In this document: piece by piece, positions 8,763 to 17,824 of the stretch
How positions within the stretch are numbered: the first letter of the stretch is position 1
How the letters are laid out: each line of letters opens with the position of its first letter
DNA from: an uncultured virus (IMG/VR IMGVR_UViG_3300025674_009014)
Lineage: Duplodnaviria; Heunggongvirae; Uroviricota; Caudoviricetes
IMG/VR virus record: IMGVR_UViG_3300025674_009014
Direction: 5' to 3' (one strand)
Length of the DNA: 63,355 bases
Position numbers and translations under genes: made by a program
Notes under the pieces: generated by a model
Database searches by the model: none
Seen by the model: the letters and a program-made list of their open reading frames with translations, nothing else
What the model was told of the DNA's origin: nothing

Positions 8763-9490
8763 AAAAAATCTTCGAGCGAACTTAATACAACGTTTTCTTC
8801 AATTCCACATTTTGAACATCTATATTTTTTATTGACTGATATACTAGGTAAATTTACAAAAAAGTTTTTTATTGATTCGAATTGATCATTATTAAGATTG
8901 TTTAAAAATTCAATAAATTCTTCTTTCTTATGTTCTTTTCTGTGATACAATTCATCTTTTAAATATATGTAATCTATCGAATTCACGATGACTTCAAATA
9001 ATTCATCGAATGAATTGCCGATATTTTCCGAAGTAGAAACTTTACTTAATGTTTCTACTGTTGGATATTTCATCACAATTCCCATTTCATTATTAAATTC
9101 AATTTTTGGACTAAAATTTTCTTTTTTTGTTGGTTTTATTTCATCGATTTTTATTTTTATTTTTTGATTTCCATCACATTCCATTCCTTTTGAATTTACA
9201 CCATTTCTATGTTTTAAATTCACTTCAATAGTTTCTCCAATTGATCTTGATCTTAATTGTAAAAATATATACTGCAAATCAAATAATGGTAAATCATCTA
9301 TATCTAATTCTGTTAAAACACAATTTGATAATATTTGCTTTATGGCACCTAATATATCTTTTTCATCGCCAGATTCAAGTGCCATTAACAAAATTTTCTC
9401 TTCTTTAACTAGAAAAGGTCTAAATTTAATTTTTTTTCCATTAGAAATTAACTCTAAATCATAAGTTGGTACTTCTATTTTTGGTAACAT
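8756..9490 (-). CDS. 26: gp26-like baseplate hub / tail assembly protein
   Basis: MLPKIEVPTYDL...IKFRPFLVKEEKILLMALES, FDLQYIFLQLRSRSIGE, MKYPT, C-terminal CSKC..LEDFF. Confidence 0.88.
   Translation of the reverse strand: MLPKIEVPTYDLELISNGKKIKFRPFLVKEEKILLMALESGDEKDILGAIKQILSNCVLTELDIDDLPLFDLQYIFLQLRSRSIGETIEVNLKHRNGVNSKGMECDGNQKIKIKIDEIKPTKKENFSPKIEFNNEMGIVMKYPTVETLSKVSTSENIGNSFDELFEVIVNSIDYIYLKDELYHRKEHKKEEFIEFLNNLNNDQFESIKNFFVNLPSISVNKKYRCSKCGIEENVVLSSLEDFFS
8762..8768 (-). other. Candidate -1 slippery heptamer U UUU UUU
   Basis: gp26 ends GAT TTT TTT TCA TAA; a -1 slip continues TTC ATA AGC CTG TGT CAT into the gp51-like frame. Confidence 0.7.
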
Positions 9491-9496
9491 AATTTT

Positions 9497-9509
9497 GCCT
9501 GTGTCATAA
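9497..9509. repeat. 13-bp inverted-repeat arm covering the gp26 ribosome-binding region (pairs with 8743-8755)
   Basis: On the mRNA it reads UUAUGACACAGGC, followed by AAAAUU and the gp26 AUG at 9490. Confidence 0.85.
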
Positions 9510-9534
9510 GTTTTTTTATATTCAAAATGAAATA

Positions 9535-10143
9535 TTATGCATTTTCACCTATATTATATGTATAAGGGTTAATATCACTACTACTTCTTATGGTAGTATT
9601 GATATCTGTAGAATTATCATCATTTCTTAACCAATATCTATATGCAAATGTCACGTTAATTCTTGCATAATCATTGGATGCTGCATTTAAAGAAAGTGAG
9701 CTAACAAGTGTCGGATAACATTCGTGAAAAGTACACGAATACATTAAACTGTTGGTTTCATTGAACATTGATAGATTTACGTTTTGAACATAACTATCAT
9801 AATAATTTACATCATGTGATATTGGATTGTTTATTAAATCCATCCAACTATCAAAAAATCTTTTTTCTTTCATACCATCTGATGTACATAAAAATGTCAT
9901 ATTTGTTTCTATGTAAGAACTGCCATATGGAATTTTTCTAATCGGACCATAAATTTTTTCGTCTGCTGTTAGTAAACTTCTACCAGGCAATTCGGCTAAT
10001 TCACAAAAATATGTCAGATTTCTTGCAGTGTTACTCAAAGACGAATTAGTTCCTGATGAAAAGGTAACTTCAAATCTATTAGTTATCGCAACCGATTTAT
10101 TTTCATTTATTTTGTTTCTAAAATCTGAAATAGATAGTGGCAT
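9535..10143 (-). CDS. gp54/gp19-like tail tube initiator
   Basis: NRFEV..FCELAELPGRSL..YGPIRKIPY..FFDSWMDLI..YPT..VTFAYRYW tube-fold pattern. Confidence 0.75.
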   Translation of the reverse strand: MPLSISDFRNKINENKSVAITNRFEVTFSSGTNSSLSNTARNLTYFCELAELPGRSLLTADEKIYGPIRKIPYGSSYIETNMTFLCTSDGMKEKRFFDSWMDLINNPISHDVNYYDSYVQNVNLSMFNETNSLMYSCTFHECYPTLVSSLSLNAASNDYARINVTFAYRYWLRNDDNSTDINTTIRSSSDINPYTYNIGENA

Positions 10144-10715
10144 TAAATCATCCTTTTACTTTTACTCCATACAGTTTTTTTATTTTCTTTTTCAAATTTT
10201 TCAATAGGTAAAAATAATGCAATTTCTTTTTCATCATCATCTAAAATAACTACTTTTGAAGTTATGTGTTTATACAGATATCGTTTAACAGTAGGTTTAA
10301 TTTGTGCAATTTTTGAAACATTGTCCCAGTTAATAGTTTCTATTTTATCTATTGAATCCATTAATTTTGCTCTCATTATTGGATGTAAATAATGAAAATT
10401 TAAACCTAAAAAACCATCCTTATACATTTTAACACATAAAATTAATGGAAACTTATCATAATATGGTAGAATATTTTTCCATTTTGGGTCATAAAAGTAA
10501 GTCGCCATTACTCCAGGTCGTATGTTGACTAAACTTTGTTTTTTATTTTTTTTGTAAAAATCGTTAGAATTTTTAACATCAGAAAATGTATTTGTTAATG
10601 CTGTGAGACCTCTAATTCTTCTCTGTAACCATTTTTTGGCATCTCTAGTTTTTTGTATGCCACGATTGCTATTAATTAATTTTTTTAATTTATCTGAGAA
10701 AGTTTCTTTTGCCAT
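10143..10715 (-). CDS. 2: DNA end protector gp2
   Basis: YFYDPKWKNILPYYDKFPL, GFLGLNFHYLHP..RAKL, VKRYLYKHI, LFLPIEKF. Confidence 0.9.
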   Translation of the reverse strand: MAKETFSDKLKKLINSNRGIQKTRDAKKWLQRRIRGLTALTNTFSDVKNSNDFYKKNKKQSLVNIRPGVMATYFYDPKWKNILPYYDKFPLILCVKMYKDGFLGLNFHYLHPIMRAKLMDSIDKIETINWDNVSKIAQIKPTVKRYLYKHITSKVVILDDDEKEIALFLPIEKFEKENKKTVWSKSKRMI

Positions 10716-10720
10716 GCTAA

Positions 10721-10728
10721 TATTTAGT
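10721..10728 (-). promoter_or_regulatory. T4-type late promoter variant ACTAAATA
   Basis: 5 nt upstream of the gene 2 ATG; no Shine-Dalgarno (SD) sequence. Confidence 0.55.
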
Positions 10729-11158
10729 TAAATAAATGATCTTCCGTAATTATTTCAAATTTCCATTTTCTGTCCTTGCAATATTCTTCAGCTGCTTTCC
10801 ATTTTGCCTCATTCACTCCATATGTATAAACTTCATTGATATATTTTTTTGACAGTCTATTTGGTTTTTTCGGAGGAGTTGTTTGTTTTTTCGGTTTTAT
10901 TTCAATTAGAATATTTTCAATGATATTTTTACTGTTTCTTATTTTTATCAAGAAATCAGGATAGTATTTATGAATTTTTCTATCGATAGGTGATCTATAG
11001 GGTATGATGATCTCTTCACTTGACCATTCTAATATATGTGGATTTTCTTCACAATATTTCATGAACTTTCTTTCCCACAATGAACGATATGTAACATTTG
11101 TAGGATCTCCTTTGTATTTTTCTATGTTTTTTATTCTGTATTTACCTTTGTAAGCCAT
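10724..11158 (-). CDS. 4: Head completion nuclease gp4
   Basis: MAYKGKY..KYKGDP...YRSLWERKFMKYC..WSSEE..IPY..YYPDF..EIKPKKQT..NEAKWKAA. Confidence 0.93.
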   Translation of the reverse strand: MAYKGKYRIKNIEKYKGDPTNVTYRSLWERKFMKYCEENPHILEWSSEEIIIPYRSPIDRKIHKYYPDFLIKIRNSKNIIENILIEIKPKKQTTPPKKPNRLSKKYINEVYTYGVNEAKWKAAEEYCKDRKWKFEIITEDHLFN

Positions 11159-11166
11159 AATAAATA
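11159..11166 (+). promoter_or_regulatory. Late promoter AATAAATA for the baseplate operon
   Basis: Followed by an AGGAGA SD and the ATG at 11187. Confidence 0.6.
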
Positions 11167-11186
11167 TATATTATAGGAGAAATAAT

Positions 11187-12119
11187 ATGCCATTAACAAA
11201 TCAATCAGATATTGCATTTAGAAATTTACCTTTTCGTAGTTTACCGAATGGTCAGGATAGTACAATCAATGCCAGATTTCCTTATAATTTAATTCATTCG
11301 GGTGGCACTGGAGATAATGAAAAATTTTGTCTTTTTATAATTAAGTCCAGAACAGTAGGTAATGCATTGAGACCTGCAGGATATATTGCTTTACCATTTC
11401 CTCAAGAATTGGATGATTCTGTAAATGTAACCTACACTTCTTCTAGTTTTGGAATAGCAGGAGCGGCAGCAACTGGATCTTTAACGAATAATTTTGAAAC
11501 AGATGCTGATAAATTAACCAATGCTTTGAAAAAGGGATTAGGATCTTTCAATGAGGATGCTTTTATTAAAGTTGCTACTGGATTAGCACTAAAAGCAGCA
11601 CCAGGATTAAAAGGTGCTGTTAATAATGCAACTGGAACTATAGAAAACCCTTTTTTGACGAATACATTTTCAGGAGTAGGATTTAGAGAATTTAGTTTTA
11701 ATTTCAATTTGATACCTAAAAACGATAGGGATCAAATACAATTGAGTAATTTGTTATATCTTTTTAAAAAAGCAATGATGCCTACAGACAAAATAACCAG
11801 AGATGGTTTTGCTGGAAATGGATTAGAATTATTCAAAAACACTGGTGTGCAGCAAATGCCTGATTTATTTGATGTTTTATTTTTTCCTACAACACAAAGT
11901 TTTAGAAATACTGATAGTGGAAATTTATTGTTGAAAATTAAAGATTCGGCGATAACGAGATTTGATGTTAATTTTTCAGGCGATACACCAAGCCCAGTAT
12001 TTTATGAAAATGATTCTCCTTTTTCCGCAGCTATTTCGATGACATTAAAAGAATCTGTCATATATACCAGAGAAAGGTGTCAGGAAGATTATTCTGACAT
12101 TTTAAATGAATTATTTTAA
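11187..12119 (+). CDS. 48: gp48-like baseplate tail-tube cap, paralogue 1
   Basis: ENPFLTNTFSGVGFREFSFNFNLIPKN, FKKAMMP, terminal MTLKES. Confidence 0.75.
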   Translation: MPLTNQSDIAFRNLPFRSLPNGQDSTINARFPYNLIHSGGTGDNEKFCLFIIKSRTVGNALRPAGYIALPFPQELDDSVNVTYTSSSFGIAGAAATGSLTNNFETDADKLTNALKKGLGSFNEDAFIKVATGLALKAAPGLKGAVNNATGTIENPFLTNTFSGVGFREFSFNFNLIPKNDRDQIQLSNLLYLFKKAMMPTDKITRDGFAGNGLELFKNTGVQQMPDLFDVLFFPTTQSFRNTDSGNLLLKIKDSAITRFDVNFSGDTPSPVFYENDSPFSAAISMTLKESVIYTRERCQEDYSDILNELF

Positions 12120-12130
12120 AAAAACTAAAC

Positions 12131-13261
12131 ATGTATCAAAAATATCCAGATCCTACAACTTTTATAAGTAAGTTAACATCAAGTCAAAACGTTTATAGAT
12201 ATCCTAAAAATGTTGGAGATAAAAATGAAGGTCTTCATCATTTTATGATTATAAAAGAATATAAATTTAATGAAGAACAGAAAGATAATGATTTATTTAA
12301 TGGCATAACATCATTTGAAAATAATATAACCTTTTCAGATGCATCTTTTACTGATTTGTATAGACAAATAAATTCTTTTATATTGTATCTTCCTTCGGGA
12401 TCATTGAGAACAGTTTATACTGCTGATTATCAGGATGTAGAAATTGGTTTTTTTGGTAATATTTTACAGAACAATTTAGGATTTTTAACAGATGAATTAA
12501 AAAGTGCTTATCAATCATATGTAAACAGTGAAGAAGGATTTATGGGCAAATCTCTTGATTTTTATTCTTCTATAGGAAGTTCTCTCATGGATGTTGGAGA
12601 AGTTGCATATAAAAATTATATGAAAGATGTATATGATAGATATCGTTACAATGCTTTGCAATTTGGAGGGGCATTTCTCAGTCCATTTACAGATGTATCG
12701 GCAAAAGATTTTGCTACGCAAACAATGAGAAAACTTCAAAATCCATATACATCTTTGGTTTTCACTGGAGTCAAAAGTTTGAGACAGCATAGTTTTTCAT
12801 TTGATTTTAGACCTAAAAGTAAAGATGATTCTAAAAATGTGTTAAGAATTATAGCAAAATTGAAAATGGGAATGTTGCCATCATTACCTACAAATAATGC
12901 TGGTGACAGTTATACTGTGCAAATTGACGATCCATCATTGGCAGATGTTGAGAAACATGAAAAATTGAACCCGACTGAGCAAAAAAAGTCCAAAGATTTC
13001 ACACTAACTGTTCAGTCAAATATGCCTTCTTTATTTTTTAAAATTCCAAATGTATATACAATTAGATTTTATGATTTTAACGGCAATTCTTCTGGAAATG
13101 CATATTTACATTCTATAGGTCAATCTGTATTGGAGTCTATTTCTGTGAAATATGGAAATTCTTTTTTTGAAAGTACCGCACTTCCAACAAATATTACGAT
13201 GAATTTATCATTCAAAGAAAATTTTGCCATAAACAGACAACGCATAGAAGAAGGATATTAA
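12131..13261 (+). CDS. gp48-like baseplate tail-tube cap, paralogue 2
   Basis: YRYP, LYLP, NPYTSLVFTGV.SLRQHSFSFDFRPKS, SVLESISVKY, MNLSFKE..INRQRIEEGY. Confidence 0.75.
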   Translation: MYQKYPDPTTFISKLTSSQNVYRYPKNVGDKNEGLHHFMIIKEYKFNEEQKDNDLFNGITSFENNITFSDASFTDLYRQINSFILYLPSGSLRTVYTADYQDVEIGFFGNILQNNLGFLTDELKSAYQSYVNSEEGFMGKSLDFYSSIGSSLMDVGEVAYKNYMKDVYDRYRYNALQFGGAFLSPFTDVSAKDFATQTMRKLQNPYTSLVFTGVKSLRQHSFSFDFRPKSKDDSKNVLRIIAKLKMGMLPSLPTNNAGDSYTVQIDDPSLADVEKHEKLNPTEQKKSKDFTLTVQSNMPSLFFKIPNVYTIRFYDFNGNSSGNAYLHSIGQSVLESISVKYGNSFFESTALPTNITMNLSFKENFAINRQRIEEGY

Positions 13262-13842
13262 TGTCTAATTATTTTGCAAATTATCCAAAGATTAATTATA
13301 ACATCAACAAAGATTTTCCAATTACAACTACTAATGTTGTGAATATATTAAATAGAATCAAAATAAAGGATTTCATAAAACAAAATTTAGTTTCTTATTA
13401 TCCTTATGTTATAAAAGATTTTGAGAGACCAGACACTATTTCTTATGATTATTATGGAACAACAATCATGTCGTGGTTAATCTTATTAGCAAATGATATT
13501 ATTGATCCTATGTATGATTGGCCTCTATTTGGAAAATCACTTGACAACTATATAGAATCAAAATATGGTTCTTTGGAGGATTCTAGAATCAATGTTCATC
13601 ACTATGAGAAAATACTTAGACCATCAGCAGAAATCATGACGGAAGATGGTTTATTGAGAAAAATCAACGAAAAAACTGTCATAATTGATGAGCAGACATA
13701 TAATATAACAAATGTGAATGAAAGAAGAGCGGTTTCTAATTTTGATTATGAAATACTGAAGAATGAGGAAAAAAGAAATATTCTATTAATCGATAGAAAT
13801 TATTCTCTTCAAATACAACAAGAATTGAGGACATTATATTAA
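13261..13842 (+). CDS. 53: Baseplate wedge protein gp53
   Basis: YFANYPKINY, ERPDTISYDYYG..WLILLANDIIDPMYDWPL, YIESKYGS, NEEKRNI. Confidence 0.92.
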   Translation: MSNYFANYPKINYNINKDFPITTTNVVNILNRIKIKDFIKQNLVSYYPYVIKDFERPDTISYDYYGTTIMSWLILLANDIIDPMYDWPLFGKSLDNYIESKYGSLEDSRINVHHYEKILRPSAEIMTEDGLLRKINEKTVIIDEQTYNITNVNERRAVSNFDYEILKNEEKRNILLIDRNYSLQIQQELRTLY

Positions 13843-13843
13843 C

Positions 13844-15595
13844 ATGGCAAATTTAACTGGAATTGATAATTCACCAAACACGGAACAAATTTTTCAAAAT
13901 GAGTGTAATTATAAAATAGAATTGTTAAATTATAATGATAGGGCATATGTGATAGGCGAATCTTTTTTTACTAGTTTAAACATATATGAATCTTTATTTG
14001 AGGATAATGTTATAAATGGTGATATTACTATATTAGATTCAGCAGGATTTGAGGAGAGATTACCTATCATAGGACAAGAAAAAATAAGAATAGAATTTAA
14101 TAATAAAAGAATTCCTGAAATAAGTTATAATGGAACATTTATAGTTTATAAAATGTCTGAAAAAATAAATGTTGATAGAAAACAGATGTATACATTATTT
14201 TTTATTTCGGAAGAATACATCATAAATTTGAAAAAAAAGGTATCAAAATCATATAAAGGATATACTGCCTCGGAAATGGTTTCTAAAATTTATGATGAAT
14301 ACATTTCAAAAAATGTTAAATATGACAATCACAAAGTATTGCATTATGATAAGCCAGGTGATAGTGACAATGCATTTTTAACTAATCATATTGTTTTTCC
14401 TAGAGTCAGACCTTTTCAGGCAATTAATATGATTTCTAGAAGATCGGCAGGCTCTTCTGTTGTTTCTGAAGATTTGGTTTTAAAATTTAAAAACTTTGGA
14501 TCGTTTGTTTTCTTTGAAAATAGAACTGGTTTTTGGTTTAAATCAATATCTGATCTATTGAATCCATTTACTTTGAAAAAATCTGCCGAATATATTAATA
14601 CAACAGATGAAATTTTTCAAGAAAAGGGTGTTGATGCTCAACTCATTTCATCACAATTGAGAGAAAATAAAGAAAAAGTCAGTGTGAGTAATCCAGCATT
14701 ATCTGTTTCATCTTTTGTGCCTATGTCCACATATGTAATAATTCCTCAAAATAATTACGGATACACTTTGACTAGTGGAGAAATAACTGTACAATCTTAT
14801 AGATTTATATCCACATTTGATGTCATATCAAATATAGTTGGTGGTATGTATGGCTCGACTTTATTGACTTATGATCCCATTACACAAATTGTTGGCGAAA
14901 ATGTTAACAGTCTAAAAAAACCAACACTGTCTAATTTTTCAAAAGGTAGAACAGATAATACAAAGAGACTGTATAATTTTTCAGGAGGAGTTGATGATTA
15001 TCAATACAACTACTTGAGAGATTTTTATGATTTTAGACATATATCCGAAAATAATTCACAAAAAATAAATTACCCAATGCTAACAAAGAATCATATTGGA
15101 ATGGAATCTGAAGAATCATTTTTTAAATACAGAATAACTAATTTTGGTCATAAACAAAGAAGACATTTGAGTTTATTAGAATCTGTAATGACAGGAAACA
15201 CAAAAAGATTTGCAACTTTTGACAGTCAAGTCGAGAGGTATGTGTTGACGAGTCCCGCACAAAGAAGAATGTTAAAAAATATTGTAGTTCAGATTAAAGT
15301 TGGCGGTGATCAAACTCGAAAAGTTGGTGAAGTGGTTGAATTGAAAATTCCTTCTAGTTATTATACCATTGATGGGGTTAATGAACCTCATACTTTTTAT
15401 AGGGGAAATTATTTAATAACTAAAATAAGACATAAAATTTCACAAAATTCAACATTTATAACAGAAATGGAATTGGTGAAAGATTCATTATTTACTAAAC
15501 TTCCTGTGCAAGATGATACTGATGAATCTGGAGTTGATCCTACAACAGGTGAATTGATAATCAGCTCTGATGGCAGATTAGGAGGAGGTGTTTAA
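13844..15595 (+). CDS. Baseplate hub protein (gp27-like)
   Basis: LNIYESLF..GDITILDS..LPIIGQEKI, VSKSYKG, FFENRTGFWFKSI, GNYLITKIRHKI..TEMELVKDS; lies between gp53 and gp5. Confidence 0.75.
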   Translation: MANLTGIDNSPNTEQIFQNECNYKIELLNYNDRAYVIGESFFTSLNIYESLFEDNVINGDITILDSAGFEERLPIIGQEKIRIEFNNKRIPEISYNGTFIVYKMSEKINVDRKQMYTLFFISEEYIINLKKKVSKSYKGYTASEMVSKIYDEYISKNVKYDNHKVLHYDKPGDSDNAFLTNHIVFPRVRPFQAINMISRRSAGSSVVSEDLVLKFKNFGSFVFFENRTGFWFKSISDLLNPFTLKKSAEYINTTDEIFQEKGVDAQLISSQLRENKEKVSVSNPALSVSSFVPMSTYVIIPQNNYGYTLTSGEITVQSYRFISTFDVISNIVGGMYGSTLLTYDPITQIVGENVNSLKKPTLSNFSKGRTDNTKRLYNFSGGVDDYQYNYLRDFYDFRHISENNSQKINYPMLTKNHIGMESEESFFKYRITNFGHKQRRHLSLLESVMTGNTKRFATFDSQVERYVLTSPAQRRMLKNIVVQIKVGGDQTRKVGEVVELKIPSSYYTIDGVNEPHTFYRGNYLITKIRHKISQNSTFITEMELVKDSLFTKLPVQDDTDESGVDPTTGELIISSDGRLGGGV

Positions 15596-17628
15596 TGGAA
15601 AGATTATCATCAGCATTGAGGGAATTGGAATCACAAGATTTTGCTGGATTGAGTGATTTTGTTTGGTGGTATGGGGTAGTCGAAGATCGTAAAGATCCTT
15701 TATTATTAGGCAGAGTTAAGGTTAGATGTATAGGGTTTCATACGGACGATAAAGATGAAATACCTACCGATGAACTGCCATGGGCACAGGTAATAAGTCC
15801 TATTACTTCTGCTGCTATATCTGGAATAGGAACTACTCCTGTTGGATTAGTTGAAGGATCTCACGTATTTGGTTTTTTTAGAGATGGTAGAGAAGGGCAA
15901 GAACCGGTAGTTTTAGGTTCATCTATAGGTATACCTTCAATGATTTCAAACAGAAATAAAGGATTTTTTGATCCAAGGTCTTTTGACGAGAGAACATCCT
16001 ATCCTTATCCGCCAATTTATATTGATAGATTCATCGATGGTCGTAGTGCGAAGATAGTAGATTTTAATGACACAGAAGAAAGTTTTTCTTTTACCGGTGT
16101 GAATTGGTTTTCTGAAAATAGATGTAAATTAGTTTTTGAAAAAGATGAAGAAACTAATAAATCAGTTGCTAATATAAAAATAGGCGAAGAAGTTGTTTTT
16201 TCCATGCAATCTTTTTCTCCAAATCCTAATGAAAATTTTATGGAATTTGACGTTAATGGTAATTTGATTTATAGTTTACCTTCAATAAATGTGATGTCTT
16301 ATGATCGGATAAAATTAAAAACAATAACAGATAAAGACATAAAAAATAATCCTCCTGAAAAAGAAACTGAAACAAATCAAACTTCTATAAATCCATTTTC
16401 AGATATAACAAAAAAATTGTTTTCAGTAAATGCACCGTTAGATGAATATAGAAAGAAATTGCATCAAAATATATTAACGGCAATACCTGAAATTAAAATT
16501 AATGTACCTGAAAATTGTTATTCTCCTGAATATCCTTTTAATCATGTGACCTATACTGAAAGTGGCCATCTTTTTGAAATGGATGATACTCCCGGCAGAG
16601 AGAGAATTAGATTATTACATAGAACCACTAGTTTTTTAGATTTTCAGAATAATGGTAATAGAATAGATAATGTAGTCGGTAAATATTATTTAATGATTGA
16701 TAATAATTTGGAATCATCAGTATTTGGTGATGAAATTCGAAATGTTGGGGGAATACAAAATATCTTAATAAATTCAAAAGGTAAAAAATCTGAATCGGTT
16801 TTGAAAATAAAAGGTAAAGGAGATTATCGGCTAGTATCAGAAGAAGGTAGTATTTCAATATCAGCAGGTGAAGATTTGACTTTATCTGGAAAAAGAGTGA
16901 ATGTAATAGCATCTAATGAAGATTCTGAAGAAAAGACATTTTTATTAGATGGTTTTAATTTTAGAGTCAAAGATTCTAATTTTGTAGTTTTTGAGGGGAT
17001 TAAAAATGAGATAAAACTTCAGACATTAGGTATACTTAAATTTGAAGCAGGATCGATGAATGTAAATGTAAACGGAGAATTAAGACAAACTTTTAACGGT
17101 TCTGTTCAAAAAGTGGTGATAGGTAAGGCATCAGAAGTTTATTCTGCCGTTGGTAATGCGAAAGTGGAATCTGCATCTTTAGGTAATTTGATGTTTTATT
17201 GTGTAAATCCTGTATCCGATATCATATTAAAACATGGATTAACCGAAGAAGTTAGTACATCTGAATTAAAATTATCCGGTGTTACCGGATTTGAATACAC
17301 TACTTTATTTGGCGGTGCAACATTTGATTTGAATTCTCCGATTCCATCCAATTTTAATGTTAATGCAACTGGAGATGTTGAGATGAATGGCTTTGGTCCA
17401 GCATCTTCTATAAAATTATATAATACGGCAGGCGCTAATATGACATTAAATCCTGCAGGTTTAATATCAATTAAAAATAGTGCATCTTCTCTAAAAGGAA
17501 TTATAGATAAAATATTAGATGCTATTTCAAAATTAACTGTGACTACTGCAAATGGTCCTAGTGGTACTCCTATAAATGCGGCCGAATTTTCAGCTATAAA
17601 AGTTGAACTAGCTACTTTATTACAATAA
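15595..17628 (+). CDS. 5: gp5-like baseplate central spike (OB-fold plus beta-rich C-terminus; no lysozyme domain seen)
   Basis: WWYGVVEDRKDPLLLGRVKVRCIGFH..LPWAQV..GFFRDG..QEPVVLG; YPFNHVTYTESGHLFEMDDTPGRERI. Confidence 0.9.
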   Translation: MERLSSALRELESQDFAGLSDFVWWYGVVEDRKDPLLLGRVKVRCIGFHTDDKDEIPTDELPWAQVISPITSAAISGIGTTPVGLVEGSHVFGFFRDGREGQEPVVLGSSIGIPSMISNRNKGFFDPRSFDERTSYPYPPIYIDRFIDGRSAKIVDFNDTEESFSFTGVNWFSENRCKLVFEKDEETNKSVANIKIGEEVVFSMQSFSPNPNENFMEFDVNGNLIYSLPSINVMSYDRIKLKTITDKDIKNNPPEKETETNQTSINPFSDITKKLFSVNAPLDEYRKKLHQNILTAIPEIKINVPENCYSPEYPFNHVTYTESGHLFEMDDTPGRERIRLLHRTTSFLDFQNNGNRIDNVVGKYYLMIDNNLESSVFGDEIRNVGGIQNILINSKGKKSESVLKIKGKGDYRLVSEEGSISISAGEDLTLSGKRVNVIASNEDSEEKTFLLDGFNFRVKDSNFVVFEGIKNEIKLQTLGILKFEAGSMNVNVNGELRQTFNGSVQKVVIGKASEVYSAVGNAKVESASLGNLMFYCVNPVSDIILKHGLTEEVSTSELKLSGVTGFEYTTLFGGATFDLNSPIPSNFNVNATGDVEMNGFGPASSIKLYNTAGANMTLNPAGLISIKNSASSLKGIIDKILDAISKLTVTTANGPSGTPINAAEFSAIKVELATLLQ

Positions 17629-17644
17629 AATTTAATGGAAATAA

Positions 17645-17824
17645 ATGAAAAGATTTAATGAAAATGACAAGGAAATTATTTTTAAAAATGAAACAATTTA
17701 TAATCATGGACTGGTCGAGATTTTACAGAAAACATTGGAAATCAATAATCAAATATTAAATGTGATTAATGAGAATAAAAAGATTTTAGAGGAAGCAAAG
17801 AAAAATGGCAGAACAGAACCCTAA
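17645..17824 (+). CDS. Small hypothetical protein (59 aa)
   Basis: MKRFNENDKEIIF...KNGRTEP*; fills the gap between gp5 and the ORF at 17805; not in the track. Confidence 0.5.
   Translation: MKRFNENDKEIIFKNETIYNHGLVEILQKTLEINNQILNVINENKKILEEAKKNGRTEP

Noticed and set aside
8694..8885. Plus-strand 63-aa ORF across the gp26/gp51 junction
   Set aside because: Antisense to two recognisable T4-like coding frames.
10724..11158. TnsA-like nuclease as a transposon marker
   Set aside because: The sequence and its position next to gene 2 match T4 gp4; there are no other transposon genes or ends.
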